This document shows positions 8,428-16,542 of a DNA stretch of 19,467 nucleotides, piece after piece. The position numbers and the translations under genes were made by a program. The DNA comes from Candidatus Bathyarchaeia archaeon (GTDB lineage Archaea > Thermoproteota > Bathyarchaeia > Bathyarchaeales > Bathycorpusculaceae). Where the stretch lies: positions 1-19,467 of the forward strand of contig JAVZLK010000030.1 in the NCBI GenBank assembly GCA_038883795.1, read 5' to 3'. The notes below the pieces were generated by a model. It was not told the DNA's origin. It ran no database searches and saw only the letters and a program-made list of their open reading frames with translations. Positions within the stretch are counted from its first letter, which is position 1. The number at the start of each line of letters is the position of its first letter.

Positions 8428-11037
8428 ATGAGTGTGAAACCTTGGTGGCAAGTCGCCGTTCCTCATAAAGACATACGTGAAGGAAAGTTAAGTGACTTTG
8501 CAGCGGACCTCAACAGCATCGTGAAAGGACAAGCCCCTACAGAATATTTGGACCCGAGAACTTTCTTTAGTAGAACCCACTTCACAAAAGGATTAAACAA
8601 CATCATCAAAGACGCTGTTAGAGTTCTCTCGGGAGAAGAGAAAAGCCAAATCGTTCAGGTTCAAACACCTTTTGGCGGAGGAAAAACACACGCGCTTATC
8701 TCTCTTTACCATCTGTTCAAGAATAACAGTAAAATCTCAGATTTAGAAAATGTGAAAGAAATTCTCGGCTCAAACGGACTTAATTTACCGAAAGTTAATG
8801 TTGCCGTTTTTGTCGGCACGGTTCCTGACCCATTAAAGGGCAAAACACCCTGGGGAGAAATCGCAGACCAGCTAGGAGACTACAAGAGGTTTGAAGAACA
8901 CGATAAAAAAAGAATCACTCCTGGAAGAGAACTGCTCCAGTCACTGCTAGAAGAAAAACAGCCAACATTAATCCTGATTGATGAACTCACCGAATACATC
9001 GTAAAAGCTAAAGAATTTGAAGACCAAATCTTCGCCTTTTGCCAAGAACTAACTGAAGCCGTCAACGCGTCTGAGCGATGCATGCTTGTTTGCACCCTCC
9101 CATCAAGCGCACCTTACGGCGAGCGCGGAGAAAAAGTTCTAAGCCAACTTCAAAGAGTCTTCGGAAGAATGCAAATAATTTACACGCCAGTTGAAGGCGA
9201 AGAAATATATGAAATCATAAGGAAACGCCTCTTTGAAAGCCTAGGCGACAAAAAAATCCATCAAGACGTTGTTAACGCCTTCTTCGAAATGTACCAAAAA
9301 CTGGGCGAAGAAATCCCACCTGAAACCCGAGAAATTCACTACAAAGAGAAAATGCTTAAGGCATACCCATTTCATCCCGAAACAATCGACATCCTTTTCG
9401 AAAGATGGGGAAGCATACCTACATTCCAAAGAACCCGAGGCGCGCTAAGACTTTTAGCAGAAGTCGTCTCAGACCTATATAACAGACAGTATCCCTCACT
9501 TCTCATAAAACCAGCCCAAATCAACCTTTCCAACCCAAGGCTGCGAAGACTCTTCATCGAACACACAGGCGAAGTATTCGAGTCCGTCATAGCCTCAGAC
9601 ATAAGTGGCGAAAACGCCAAAGCCGTAAGAATCGACAGGCAAATGGGAACAGAGTATTCAAGGTTTAATATAGCCACTGGACTTTCAACCTCCATATTCT
9701 TCTACTCCTTCAGCGGTGGAGAAAGAAAAGGCGCCACAGCCCAAAGACTCAGGCTAGCATTGCTGGAAGAGGGCATTCCTCCAGCAATAATCGGTGACGC
9801 CCTCAAAAGATTGGAAGACCAATTATGGTTCCTCCACTACGAAAACAACCTTTACTACTTCAGCAACATAGTCGGGCTTAACAGGGTAATAATCGACAAA
9901 GAAGAAGTCATCACAGAGAACGATGTAGAATCCGAGTTCAAAAATAGACTCGAAAAGATCGCTGGAACAGACTTCGACGTTTACATATGGCCAGACTCAA
10001 GCAATGATATCCCTGACAATAAAAGAGTAAAATTGGCAATTCTTTCATGCAGTTTTATGGCAGGCGCACGAAAAACAGAACAACTAATAAAAACTCTCAT
10101 CAACACCTACGCTACTGGCTTCAGAACCCACAAGAACAGCCTAATGTTCCTCATAGCCGACCCTAACGAATATGACGGACTAAAACGAGCCATAAAACGA
10201 TTCTGCGCCCTCAACATGATAAAAGCCGAAAAAGAAACAATTAAAAGACTGACAGAAGAGGACCAAAAACGCGTAGAGGAAAGACTGAAAGATGCAGACG
10301 CCTCAATCCCAACCAGAATAATGTCATTATACCGGTATTTGGTTAAGGCCTCAAGAGAAGGAACAAAAACCTACGACCTTGGCATTCCAACAGTCGGTGA
10401 AAAATTAAGCCTGACAAAGAGAGTCAAAGACTATCTTAAAAGCCAAGAATTACTGTTGGAAAGAATTTCTCCGAAAGTAATGGTTGAGAAAACATTTGCC
10501 AAAGGAGAACAAACGAAACACGTCGCCGAAGTGCGAGAAGCCTTCCTAAAATTCCCAGAATTACCACTTCTCGAAAGCGAGCAAACATTCTATAACGCAG
10601 TGATTCAAGGAGTAAAAGACGGAACAATGGGACTCCTAATCAACGACAAACTGCGCTATAAAGAAGTGATATCTACAATGGAGATACAAGACGATGCAAT
10701 TATAGTAACCAAAGAGTTTGCTGAAAAACAAAAGGAAAAAGAAGGCATAACAGAAAAACCAAAAGAGGAGGAGGAAAAAGAAAGAGAAAGAGAAACAAAG
10801 GCCAAAGAAGGAATAATTACAAAAGTATATCTAAGAACAGATGTGCCATGGGATAAACTCTCAGACTTCGTCCGCGGCGTTGTGATACCGCTAAGCACAG
10901 AAGGCGCCCAAATCTCGCTGGAAATCAAGGTTGAAGCCCAATCAGACAAAGGAATAAACAAGCATACCTTAGATTCGAAGGTTAAAGAAACCTTAAACCA
11001 AATCGGGGCAAAAATTATAGAAGAAAAAGAGGAGTGA
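8428..11037 (+). CDS. DUF499-family AAA+ ATPase
   Basis: KPWWQVAVPHKDI, FAADL, QTPFGGGKTH (Walker A), LILIDE (Walker B), AYPFHPE, FQRTRGALRLLA; 6 bp downstream of the methyltransferase. Confidence 0.9.
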   Translation: MSVKPWWQVAVPHKDIREGKLSDFAADLNSIVKGQAPTEYLDPRTFFSRTHFTKGLNNIIKDAVRVLSGEEKSQIVQVQTPFGGGKTHALISLYHLFKNNSKISDLENVKEILGSNGLNLPKVNVAVFVGTVPDPLKGKTPWGEIADQLGDYKRFEEHDKKRITPGRELLQSLLEEKQPTLILIDELTEYIVKAKEFEDQIFAFCQELTEAVNASERCMLVCTLPSSAPYGERGEKVLSQLQRVFGRMQIIYTPVEGEEIYEIIRKRLFESLGDKKIHQDVVNAFFEMYQKLGEEIPPETREIHYKEKMLKAYPFHPETIDILFERWGSIPTFQRTRGALRLLAEVVSDLYNRQYPSLLIKPAQINLSNPRLRRLFIEHTGEVFESVIASDISGENAKAVRIDRQMGTEYSRFNIATGLSTSIFFYSFSGGERKGATAQRLRLALLEEGIPPAIIGDALKRLEDQLWFLHYENNLYYFSNIVGLNRVIIDKEEVITENDVESEFKNRLEKIAGTDFDVYIWPDSSNDIPDNKRVKLAILSCSFMAGARKTEQLIKTLINTYATGFRTHKNSLMFLIADPNEYDGLKRAIKRFCALNMIKAEKETIKRLTEEDQKRVEERLKDADASIPTRIMSLYRYLVKASREGTKTYDLGIPTVGEKLSLTKRVKDYLKSQELLLERISPKVMVEKTFAKGEQTKHVAEVREAFLKFPELPLLESEQTFYNAVIQGVKDGTMGLLINDKLRYKEVISTMEIQDDAIIVTKEFAEKQKEKEGITEKPKEEEEKERERETKAKEGIITKVYLRTDVPWDKLSDFVRGVVIPLSTEGAQISLEIKVEAQSDKGINKHTLDSKVKETLNQIGAKIIEEKEE

Positions 11038-11124
11038 TGATTCAATTCATGGTAAGGCTGGTTTTGTGTCCTAGCATTTAGGTCTTTAACGGCACGTTTC
11101 ATTTTATAATAAAAATAACTTCAA

Positions 11125-12078
11125 TTATGATGGACTAAACTTAAACTGAAGTTCATAAGTAAAAAGTTTACAGTTTTTTAAAGCCTTTACTGCATATCTC
11201 AGTTCTTCGCTAGAACTTCTTGTGATTATCAAACTTTTCACATTTTTTCCTTTGGCTAAATGTGTCTCTACCCAGCCGAGATATCTAGCTATTTGTCCTA
11301 CAGCCTTGTCTGATGTGTCTTCAGTTCTTTTAAGTTCTATAACGAGAAAATCGCCTTTTTCGTTTTGGTAAAGAAGATCTATTTGCCCCACAATTTTTGT
11401 ATCATAAAGCTCTCCTGTTTCACCGTCCGGTCCTTTGTAAAGCGTGTATCCTTTGTATTCGTCTCCAAGTACTCTGTCCAATGTCGGAAGTTTGGCAAGG
11501 TAATTTCGTAAATCTTCTTCTAACAAATCCCCAAGAGTTCGAGAGATTTCTGGCGGTTGGCTTTTATTCCATTCTATTATTGCATTATAATCACCTATGT
11601 CGACCTGACATATATTGAAACCAAGTTTTCCGCAGTTGTTCATAGATTTAGAGAGTTTTCCTTCTTGAACCCATTTCCGGATCTGTGCCAATTCGAGACC
11701 TTTGTTTAACGATAAATGTAATCTTAATCTTAGGATATGTGGATTTTTTACAAGTCGTTCAGCTTCCTCTTTATTTATTTTACCAGTTTTTATCGCCTTA
11801 TCTATGTCATCTTTTATTACTTCTAAAGCCTCAACTTCATAAATGTTCTTAATCTCTCCAGGATAGTCCTCTACATCGCCCGTGCAGTATTGAAGGACAT
11901 AATCTCCAACTTTCACTTTTCCAAAGTCTCGATCTCGAGTACTTAAATCCCAATCGTCGTGTCTGTAATAATAGTACTTTGAAACCTCTTCAGCATAGGT
12001 TCTGTCTTTATATTCTATTGTTGCGTGTTTAGCCATCTTTCCACTACTTTGTATTAGGAAAACTTGTCTTTGTTTCAT
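11125..12078 (-). CDS. Putative PUA/EVE-like reader domain fused to NucS/DUF91-like endonuclease domain
   Basis: N-terminal KVKVGDYVLQY resembles the EVE/PUA GD motif; C-terminal LEEDLRNYL...GQIDLLY...LVIELKR...AVGQIARYLGWV is the E / D / ExK / QxxxY set of NucS/RecB-like nucleases. Confidence 0.75.
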   Translation of the reverse strand: MKQRQVFLIQSSGKMAKHATIEYKDRTYAEEVSKYYYYRHDDWDLSTRDRDFGKVKVGDYVLQYCTGDVEDYPGEIKNIYEVEALEVIKDDIDKAIKTGKINKEEAERLVKNPHILRLRLHLSLNKGLELAQIRKWVQEGKLSKSMNNCGKLGFNICQVDIGDYNAIIEWNKSQPPEISRTLGDLLEEDLRNYLAKLPTLDRVLGDEYKGYTLYKGPDGETGELYDTKIVGQIDLLYQNEKGDFLVIELKRTEDTSDKAVGQIARYLGWVETHLAKGKNVKSLIITRSSSEELRYAVKALKNCKLFTYELQFKFSPS

Positions 12079-12160
12079 AATAAATAGGTTCTCAGTTTTA
12101 TAAATAAGCCTTTGTAATTTTGTTAAGTTATTAACGTATGCTTACTCTTTATGAAGATAG

Positions 12161-12180
12161 TTTGCAAAGTATTTTGCAAA
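12161..12180. promoter_or_regulatory. Palindromic candidate operator TTTGCAAA-GTAT-TTTGCAAA
   Basis: Two copies of the self-complementary octamer TTTGCAAA 4 bp apart in the intergenic gap upstream of the 12078 gene. Confidence 0.3.
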
Positions 12181-12245
12181 AATGTTTGTAATCATGTTTT
12201 ACATTTAGTGCGAATATATAAAATCTTTACACATGAAACAAAGTC

Positions 12246-13139
12246 TCACAAACCTATCTCTAACTTTATCCGGTGAGCGTCTTTAAGTAGCTCGTGAAGT
12301 CTTACTATTTTTGTGTACTCGATTATTCGAGCATCTGACTTCATCTCATGAAATGATCCGTTGAGAAGCCACTCCGCCTGGTTCATGTATTCTTCGGTAG
12401 TTATAAGGCAAGGTTTGCTGTTCCATTTGTCCCACGCATGTTTAAGTTTTGTCAATGCTTCATAGAAGTTCCCAGCCATTTGAACCTCAAAAGCCCACTT
12501 TGGATTCCCTGTAGGGATGCTCTTCCAGACCACATCCAAGCGCAAATTTTCAATGGGATACTCCATTTCTGAGATCTTACCTTCGAACTTTCCGATTTCA
12601 TATATCATTCTTTTAACTTCGTCGTGCGTATGCTTTCTTTCGACTTTAGACCCCTCTCTACTAGTTTCCTCGGTCACGGTTTCTATTGCAAAATCTTTTG
12701 GTAATGGATTATTTGCCATAGTTTGGTCTATGATTTTAAAATCCAATTCAGGAATGGGTCTTCCAAAATTTGCAGGTGTTCCCCGCAAGTACACTCCGGG
12801 CTTTGACTTATTTTCGATGAAACTAAGGCTTGGCACTAGTTCTGAAAGTTTAGCCAACCCTTCTTTTACAACCTCAACATTTACTTGGTAGGGATATATA
12901 ATGCGACCTTCGCTTTTCTCATCGGACCAAGTCAGCTCTGTGGCTCTATACCAATTGCTAGCTATCCTAAGGATAGAAAGGAATGCCTTCTTATCAGTAC
13001 TATACAGTATAAGAAAGTCACCAACAGTAACTTTTTTTGTAATATTAGGATTTTTAACTGCCCAAACCTTCTTTTCTCTTGAAATTTTCCAATTTTCGTG
13101 TCTGACAGAGAAGATCCAATATTTTGAGTTTGTAGTCAA
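12246..13139 (-). CDS. EVE domain + PD-(D/E)XK nuclease (putative modification-dependent, type IV-like restriction enzyme)
   Basis: KYWIFSVRHENW...VWAV...VTVGDFLILY...TWSDE...IYPYQV...LSFIENK is a typical EVE domain; C-terminal HDEVK...EY...RLDVVW...AFEVQ...ALTKL is PD-(D/E)XK with ExQ. Confidence 0.8.
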   Translation of the reverse strand: MTTNSKYWIFSVRHENWKISREKKVWAVKNPNITKKVTVGDFLILYSTDKKAFLSILRIASNWYRATELTWSDEKSEGRIIYPYQVNVEVVKEGLAKLSELVPSLSFIENKSKPGVYLRGTPANFGRPIPELDFKIIDQTMANNPLPKDFAIETVTEETSREGSKVERKHTHDEVKRMIYEIGKFEGKISEMEYPIENLRLDVVWKSIPTGNPKWAFEVQMAGNFYEALTKLKHAWDKWNSKPCLITTEEYMNQAEWLLNGSFHEMKSDARIIEYTKIVRLHELLKDAHRIKLEIGL

Positions 13140-13356
13140 ACAGATCGACCTATCATTATTCTACTGATTTTTGTATATAAAATAATGTAATTTATGGCAA
13201 GTATTTAAAACAATACCTAAACTAAGATTACCCGTAATTTTCTACAATCTTATTTAGACTTAACGGAACTAGCCAGCCTTATCTCTGAGCTTAAATTTTA
13301 TTGTGTCTATATCACTGCGCTGATTTTCTTTATAAAAGCAATTTTTGCATAGTTTT

Positions 13357-13370
13357 GAAAAACTTTTTAT
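13357..13370 (+). promoter_or_regulatory. Archaeal BRE + TATA-like promoter for a probably leaderless cas10 transcript
   Basis: GAAAAA-C-TTTTTAT ending 26 nt before ATG 13397; no SD motif before that ATG. Confidence 0.45.
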
Positions 13371-13396
13371 TCTCTTAAAATGAATTTATTGATAAT

Positions 13397-15292
13397 ATGT
13401 TGGCAGCAACCCAGCTTGACTTAGTCCGAATGAGCGCGATTTTGCACGACATAGGCAAACTGGAGTGTTGGTCTAAGAGAAGACCTTGGTCGGAGCACGT
13501 GTTCTTTACCTTTAACTTCGTTAAAAAGTGTCTCGGGGAGGAGCTCGCTTGGCATGCCAGGAGACATCATGTTGGTCCATCATACTCGGAGGTCGATAGA
13601 CCCTGCGATGAACTCGAGAAAATAATATCCTTGGCAGATCACTTGGCATCAGGGGCGGACAGGAGGGATCAGACCATTCATGGTCCGCCCTTGCCCAGTC
13701 CACCGATAGAACTGGCTCACCCCCTCTCCAAAGAAGCGGTTATGGAGAGGCTCGGCGCCGCGGATCTGGCTTACATCTTGCAGGAGATAGCCCAACGGCT
13801 GGGAAACCTTGAAAAGGGCTTTGCGGAAGACCCTAAAAAATGTTATTTCCAGGTTTTTGAGATCTTAAGGAGCTCAGGGTTAAGGAGGGTCCCCGCCGAC
13901 ACTAGAAAGCCCGTAAACGACGTCTCACTCTGGGACCACTTGAAGCTCACCGCTGCCATATCAACGTGTATAACCCTTGAAGGATTCAAGGGGGATGACC
14001 CTAATCATTACAAATTTGCGATACTGAGCGGAGACTCTGACAGGATATCTGCTTTCATAAACCAATCGAGGCGCCTCCCAGATTTGAACGCCAGGAGTCA
14101 GCTCGTGAAGGATGCGACAAGCCAAGCAGTACAGTTCGTTTGTAAAGAGCTCGGTCCTGAGTGTGTGCTCTTCTCCGCGGGCGGAAGCGTTTTGGTTATA
14201 TCTCCAACAAATCTTGCGGAAAAGCTACTTTACGGAATCAAGAGGACTTTTGAGTCTGCCGCAAACGATATGCTCACCATGACAGTGAGCAGCATCGTGG
14301 TCGACGGTGTGGAGCTGAGCGAAGACTTCGGGCACGTTTGGGAATCTGCGAGGACAGCCATGAGGATTGCCAAGGGGAGGCGCATCGCTTTGCCAAAGGT
14401 CTTTGTTGAGGAAGGAGTAGACTTATGCGATGTGTGCGGCATCCGCCCGTACACAAAGGAGGATCTTGAGAAAATTTTGCCTTTCGATGCTTCCCCAAGG
14501 TACGAGAGGCTATGCGAGCCTTGTTGGAGCCTAAGAAAGAGAGGTAAAGGGGTATGGCTCGACGAACTTAAAGACTCGAATGGGCTCGTAGGGTGCGTTA
14601 GGATGGACGGTGACAACGTGGGAGCGGTCCTTTCTGGCAAGCTTTTCAGAGATTTGGGCAAGGCGAGCACCCCGTCGAGAATCTCTACTGTCAGCGCTCT
14701 GATCCAAAGAATATGTGAAGATAGCTTTAAAGGAGTCCTAGGCAAGTTTAACGGGGAGAGGGGTATCATATTTGCAGGGGGCGACGACCTCCTAGCATTT
14801 GTGCCCGGTAAGGATTCGATGGCGGCGGCTTTAGAACTTGCATCAGATTTTAAGGAAAAAACAGCAGGGGCATGCACGATTTCGGCGGGCGTTGCCATCT
14901 TCCATTACGACCTGCCAGTTTATGTGGGTCTCGAGTCCGCGAACGCTCTACTCCGTAGGGCGAAGGAAGGCGGCAAAAACAGGGTCGCATTCGCTTTCCT
15001 GAGGGGGTCTGCAGTGGGGGAGAGCGAACTTGAGAGATTTAAGCCAAGAACTTGGGATGAGCTTAAGCACTTGATCGATCTAACAAAATTTATGGGGATG
15101 GGCGGAGTATCATCCTCCCAGCTCAGGAGCTTTGCTTCCGTTAGAGACCCCGAATACGCTGAAATTCTGATCAAGAACAGGATGGGGAGGGGGCGGATTG
15201 GATGGGAAGAGGGCGAGGGTTTGCTCTCAGCCCTAAAGTCAGGGTTGCTGACCGATGCGTTTTTGGTATACAAAACACTGGAGGCCAGTTAA
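13397..15292 (+). CDS. cas10: Type III CRISPR large subunit Cas10 (HD nuclease + palm/cyclase), compact 631 aa
   Basis: ILHDIGKL, HH, ADHLASGADR, SLWDHLKLTAA, LSGDSDRISAFI, Zn finger CDVC...CEPC, RMDGDNVG, IFAGGDDLL, ISAGVAI. Confidence 0.95.
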   Translation: MLAATQLDLVRMSAILHDIGKLECWSKRRPWSEHVFFTFNFVKKCLGEELAWHARRHHVGPSYSEVDRPCDELEKIISLADHLASGADRRDQTIHGPPLPSPPIELAHPLSKEAVMERLGAADLAYILQEIAQRLGNLEKGFAEDPKKCYFQVFEILRSSGLRRVPADTRKPVNDVSLWDHLKLTAAISTCITLEGFKGDDPNHYKFAILSGDSDRISAFINQSRRLPDLNARSQLVKDATSQAVQFVCKELGPECVLFSAGGSVLVISPTNLAEKLLYGIKRTFESAANDMLTMTVSSIVVDGVELSEDFGHVWESARTAMRIAKGRRIALPKVFVEEGVDLCDVCGIRPYTKEDLEKILPFDASPRYERLCEPCWSLRKRGKGVWLDELKDSNGLVGCVRMDGDNVGAVLSGKLFRDLGKASTPSRISTVSALIQRICEDSFKGVLGKFNGERGIIFAGGDDLLAFVPGKDSMAAALELASDFKEKTAGACTISAGVAIFHYDLPVYVGLESANALLRRAKEGGKNRVAFAFLRGSAVGESELERFKPRTWDELKHLIDLTKFMGMGGVSSSQLRSFASVRDPEYAEILIKNRMGRGRIGWEEGEGLLSALKSGLLTDAFLVYKTLEAS

Positions 15293-15293
15293 A

Positions 15294-15827
15294 GTGTCCG
15301 AAGAGAAGGAATTGAAAAAAGAGGGGGAGAATCTCGCCAGGCTTGCTGTTGAGAGGGGCTTAGCTGCGAAGCAGCTGCAGATGATATACAAAGTCATAAG
15401 AACCAAGCCCTTGCCTTTTGCCGAGGCGTTCGTCCAGAGGCAGTTATCAAGGGCCCTTGAGGGCACCATGCAGGGCGCAGAGGTTCTCGAAAAAATACTT
15501 GAAATGTTGAAAAGGTATGAAAACGACAAGCTGGTCATTGAGAGGATCATTATGTATGCCGTCATGCTTTACCCTTACTACGAAAGGGCGCCGCTCCTAA
15601 AAATGATGAGGTATGCCGAGCCTGTGGTTAGGGAAATACTCAAAAGGAACGGTCTTTCACTCGACAGGTTGGAGCCCCAGCTCCATGGCAACACTGTTAT
15701 ATTGAACGTCCATATACCCAACTTCAGGGACAACCCCAAGATTCTCGCTGGCGAGATCGAGAAAGGGCTCAGGTCAGAAGAAAACCTGTCAGGGGTTAGC
15801 CTAAGGGTCTGGATAAAATCAAGGTAA
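15294..15827 (+). CDS. cas11: Probable type III small subunit (Cas11/Csm2-like) with additional C-terminal alpha/beta domain, ~177 aa
   Basis: Located between cas10 and cas7; helical N-terminal ~105 aa (GLAAKQLQMIY...FVQRQLSR). GTG 15294 lies 1 nt after the cas10 stop with GGAGG upstream, so it is preferred over ATG 15255. Confidence 0.65.
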   Translation: MSEEKELKKEGENLARLAVERGLAAKQLQMIYKVIRTKPLPFAEAFVQRQLSRALEGTMQGAEVLEKILEMLKRYENDKLVIERIIMYAVMLYPYYERAPLLKMMRYAEPVVREILKRNGLSLDRLEPQLHGNTVILNVHIPNFRDNPKILAGEIEKGLRSEENLSGVSLRVWIKSR

Positions 15828-15840
15828 CGGGGGTGAAACC

Positions 15841-16542
15841 GTGGTATTTGAGAAATTGGAGAAGAGGTTGATAATATCCGGAACCTTGGAGGCCGTAACG
15901 CCGATACACATCGGCTCCGGTAAAGCGGAGGTGGAGATACAGCAGGTGGACATGCCTGTGCTGACGGACACCGAGGGGAGACCCTACATACCGGGCTCCT
16001 CTTTGAAGGGGCGAGTCAGGGCTGAAGCAGAGAGGATCGCAAGGAAGCTCGGTAAATACGTGTGCAACCCGCCCGATGTTAAAACAATGTGCGGATCCCT
16101 AAAGGGAGATCCCGAGGACTTCTGCATATGTTGCAGGATCTTCGGAACTGCTGGCGAGATCTCGGTCGCCAGCAAGGTGAAATTCAGGGATTCTTTCCCG
16201 CTCCAAAAGGTGGACGAGTTGCTTGAGCGGACTGGAATCGCAATAGACAGAGGTAAGGGAACAGTTTCGAGAGGGGCCCTATACACAATCCAGGCGGTGC
16301 CAGCCGGGACCAAATTCAGCCTCGAGATAGTGGGCGAAAACCTATCGGACGAAGAACTTGAGCTTTTGAGGGCCGCCCTCAAGTCGGTTCAGGACTCAAG
16401 CGTCGGAGGATCTTCGACTAGGGGCTTCGGAAAAGTCAGAATAAAAATAGAGAGTGTCAAGGAGAGGAGTGCCGAGTATTACCTGGGAAAGGAGGAAGAG
16501 AGGGTCATCGGCGGCGAGCAATGGTTAGCGAGTGAGGACTGA
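15841..16542 (+). CDS. csm3: Cas7-group RAMP backbone subunit (Csm3/Csx7-like), catalytic Asp present
   Basis: TPIHIGSG, VDMPV (Asp at the Csm3 RNase position), PYIPGSSLKGRVR, Cys cluster C...C...CICCRIFG, RTGIAIDR thumb, VGGSSTRGFG G-loop; GGGGTG ribosome-binding site. Confidence 0.92.
   Translation: MVFEKLEKRLIISGTLEAVTPIHIGSGKAEVEIQQVDMPVLTDTEGRPYIPGSSLKGRVRAEAERIARKLGKYVCNPPDVKTMCGSLKGDPEDFCICCRIFGTAGEISVASKVKFRDSFPLQKVDELLERTGIAIDRGKGTVSRGALYTIQAVPAGTKFSLEIVGENLSDEELELLRAALKSVQDSSVGGSSTRGFGKVRIKIESVKERSAEYYLGKEEERVIGGEQWLASED

Larger units (their letters stand above)
1000..13390. other. AT-richer defence island segment between the PLC-fold gene and the cas operon
   Basis: Contains only nuclease, methylase, ATPase and Zn-finger genes; visibly more AT-rich than both flanks. 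No integrase or att repeat found, so boundaries are approximate. Confidence 0.55.

Noticed and set aside
10723-10812. Purine-rich low-complexity tract in the ATPase gene
   Set aside because: Simply encodes a Lys/Glu-rich linker before the C-terminal domain.
999-13172. Similar CTAC(T)TGATTTTT words near both ends of the AT-rich block as possible att/target duplication
   Set aside because: Short, imperfect and low-complexity; no integrase or tRNA nearby.
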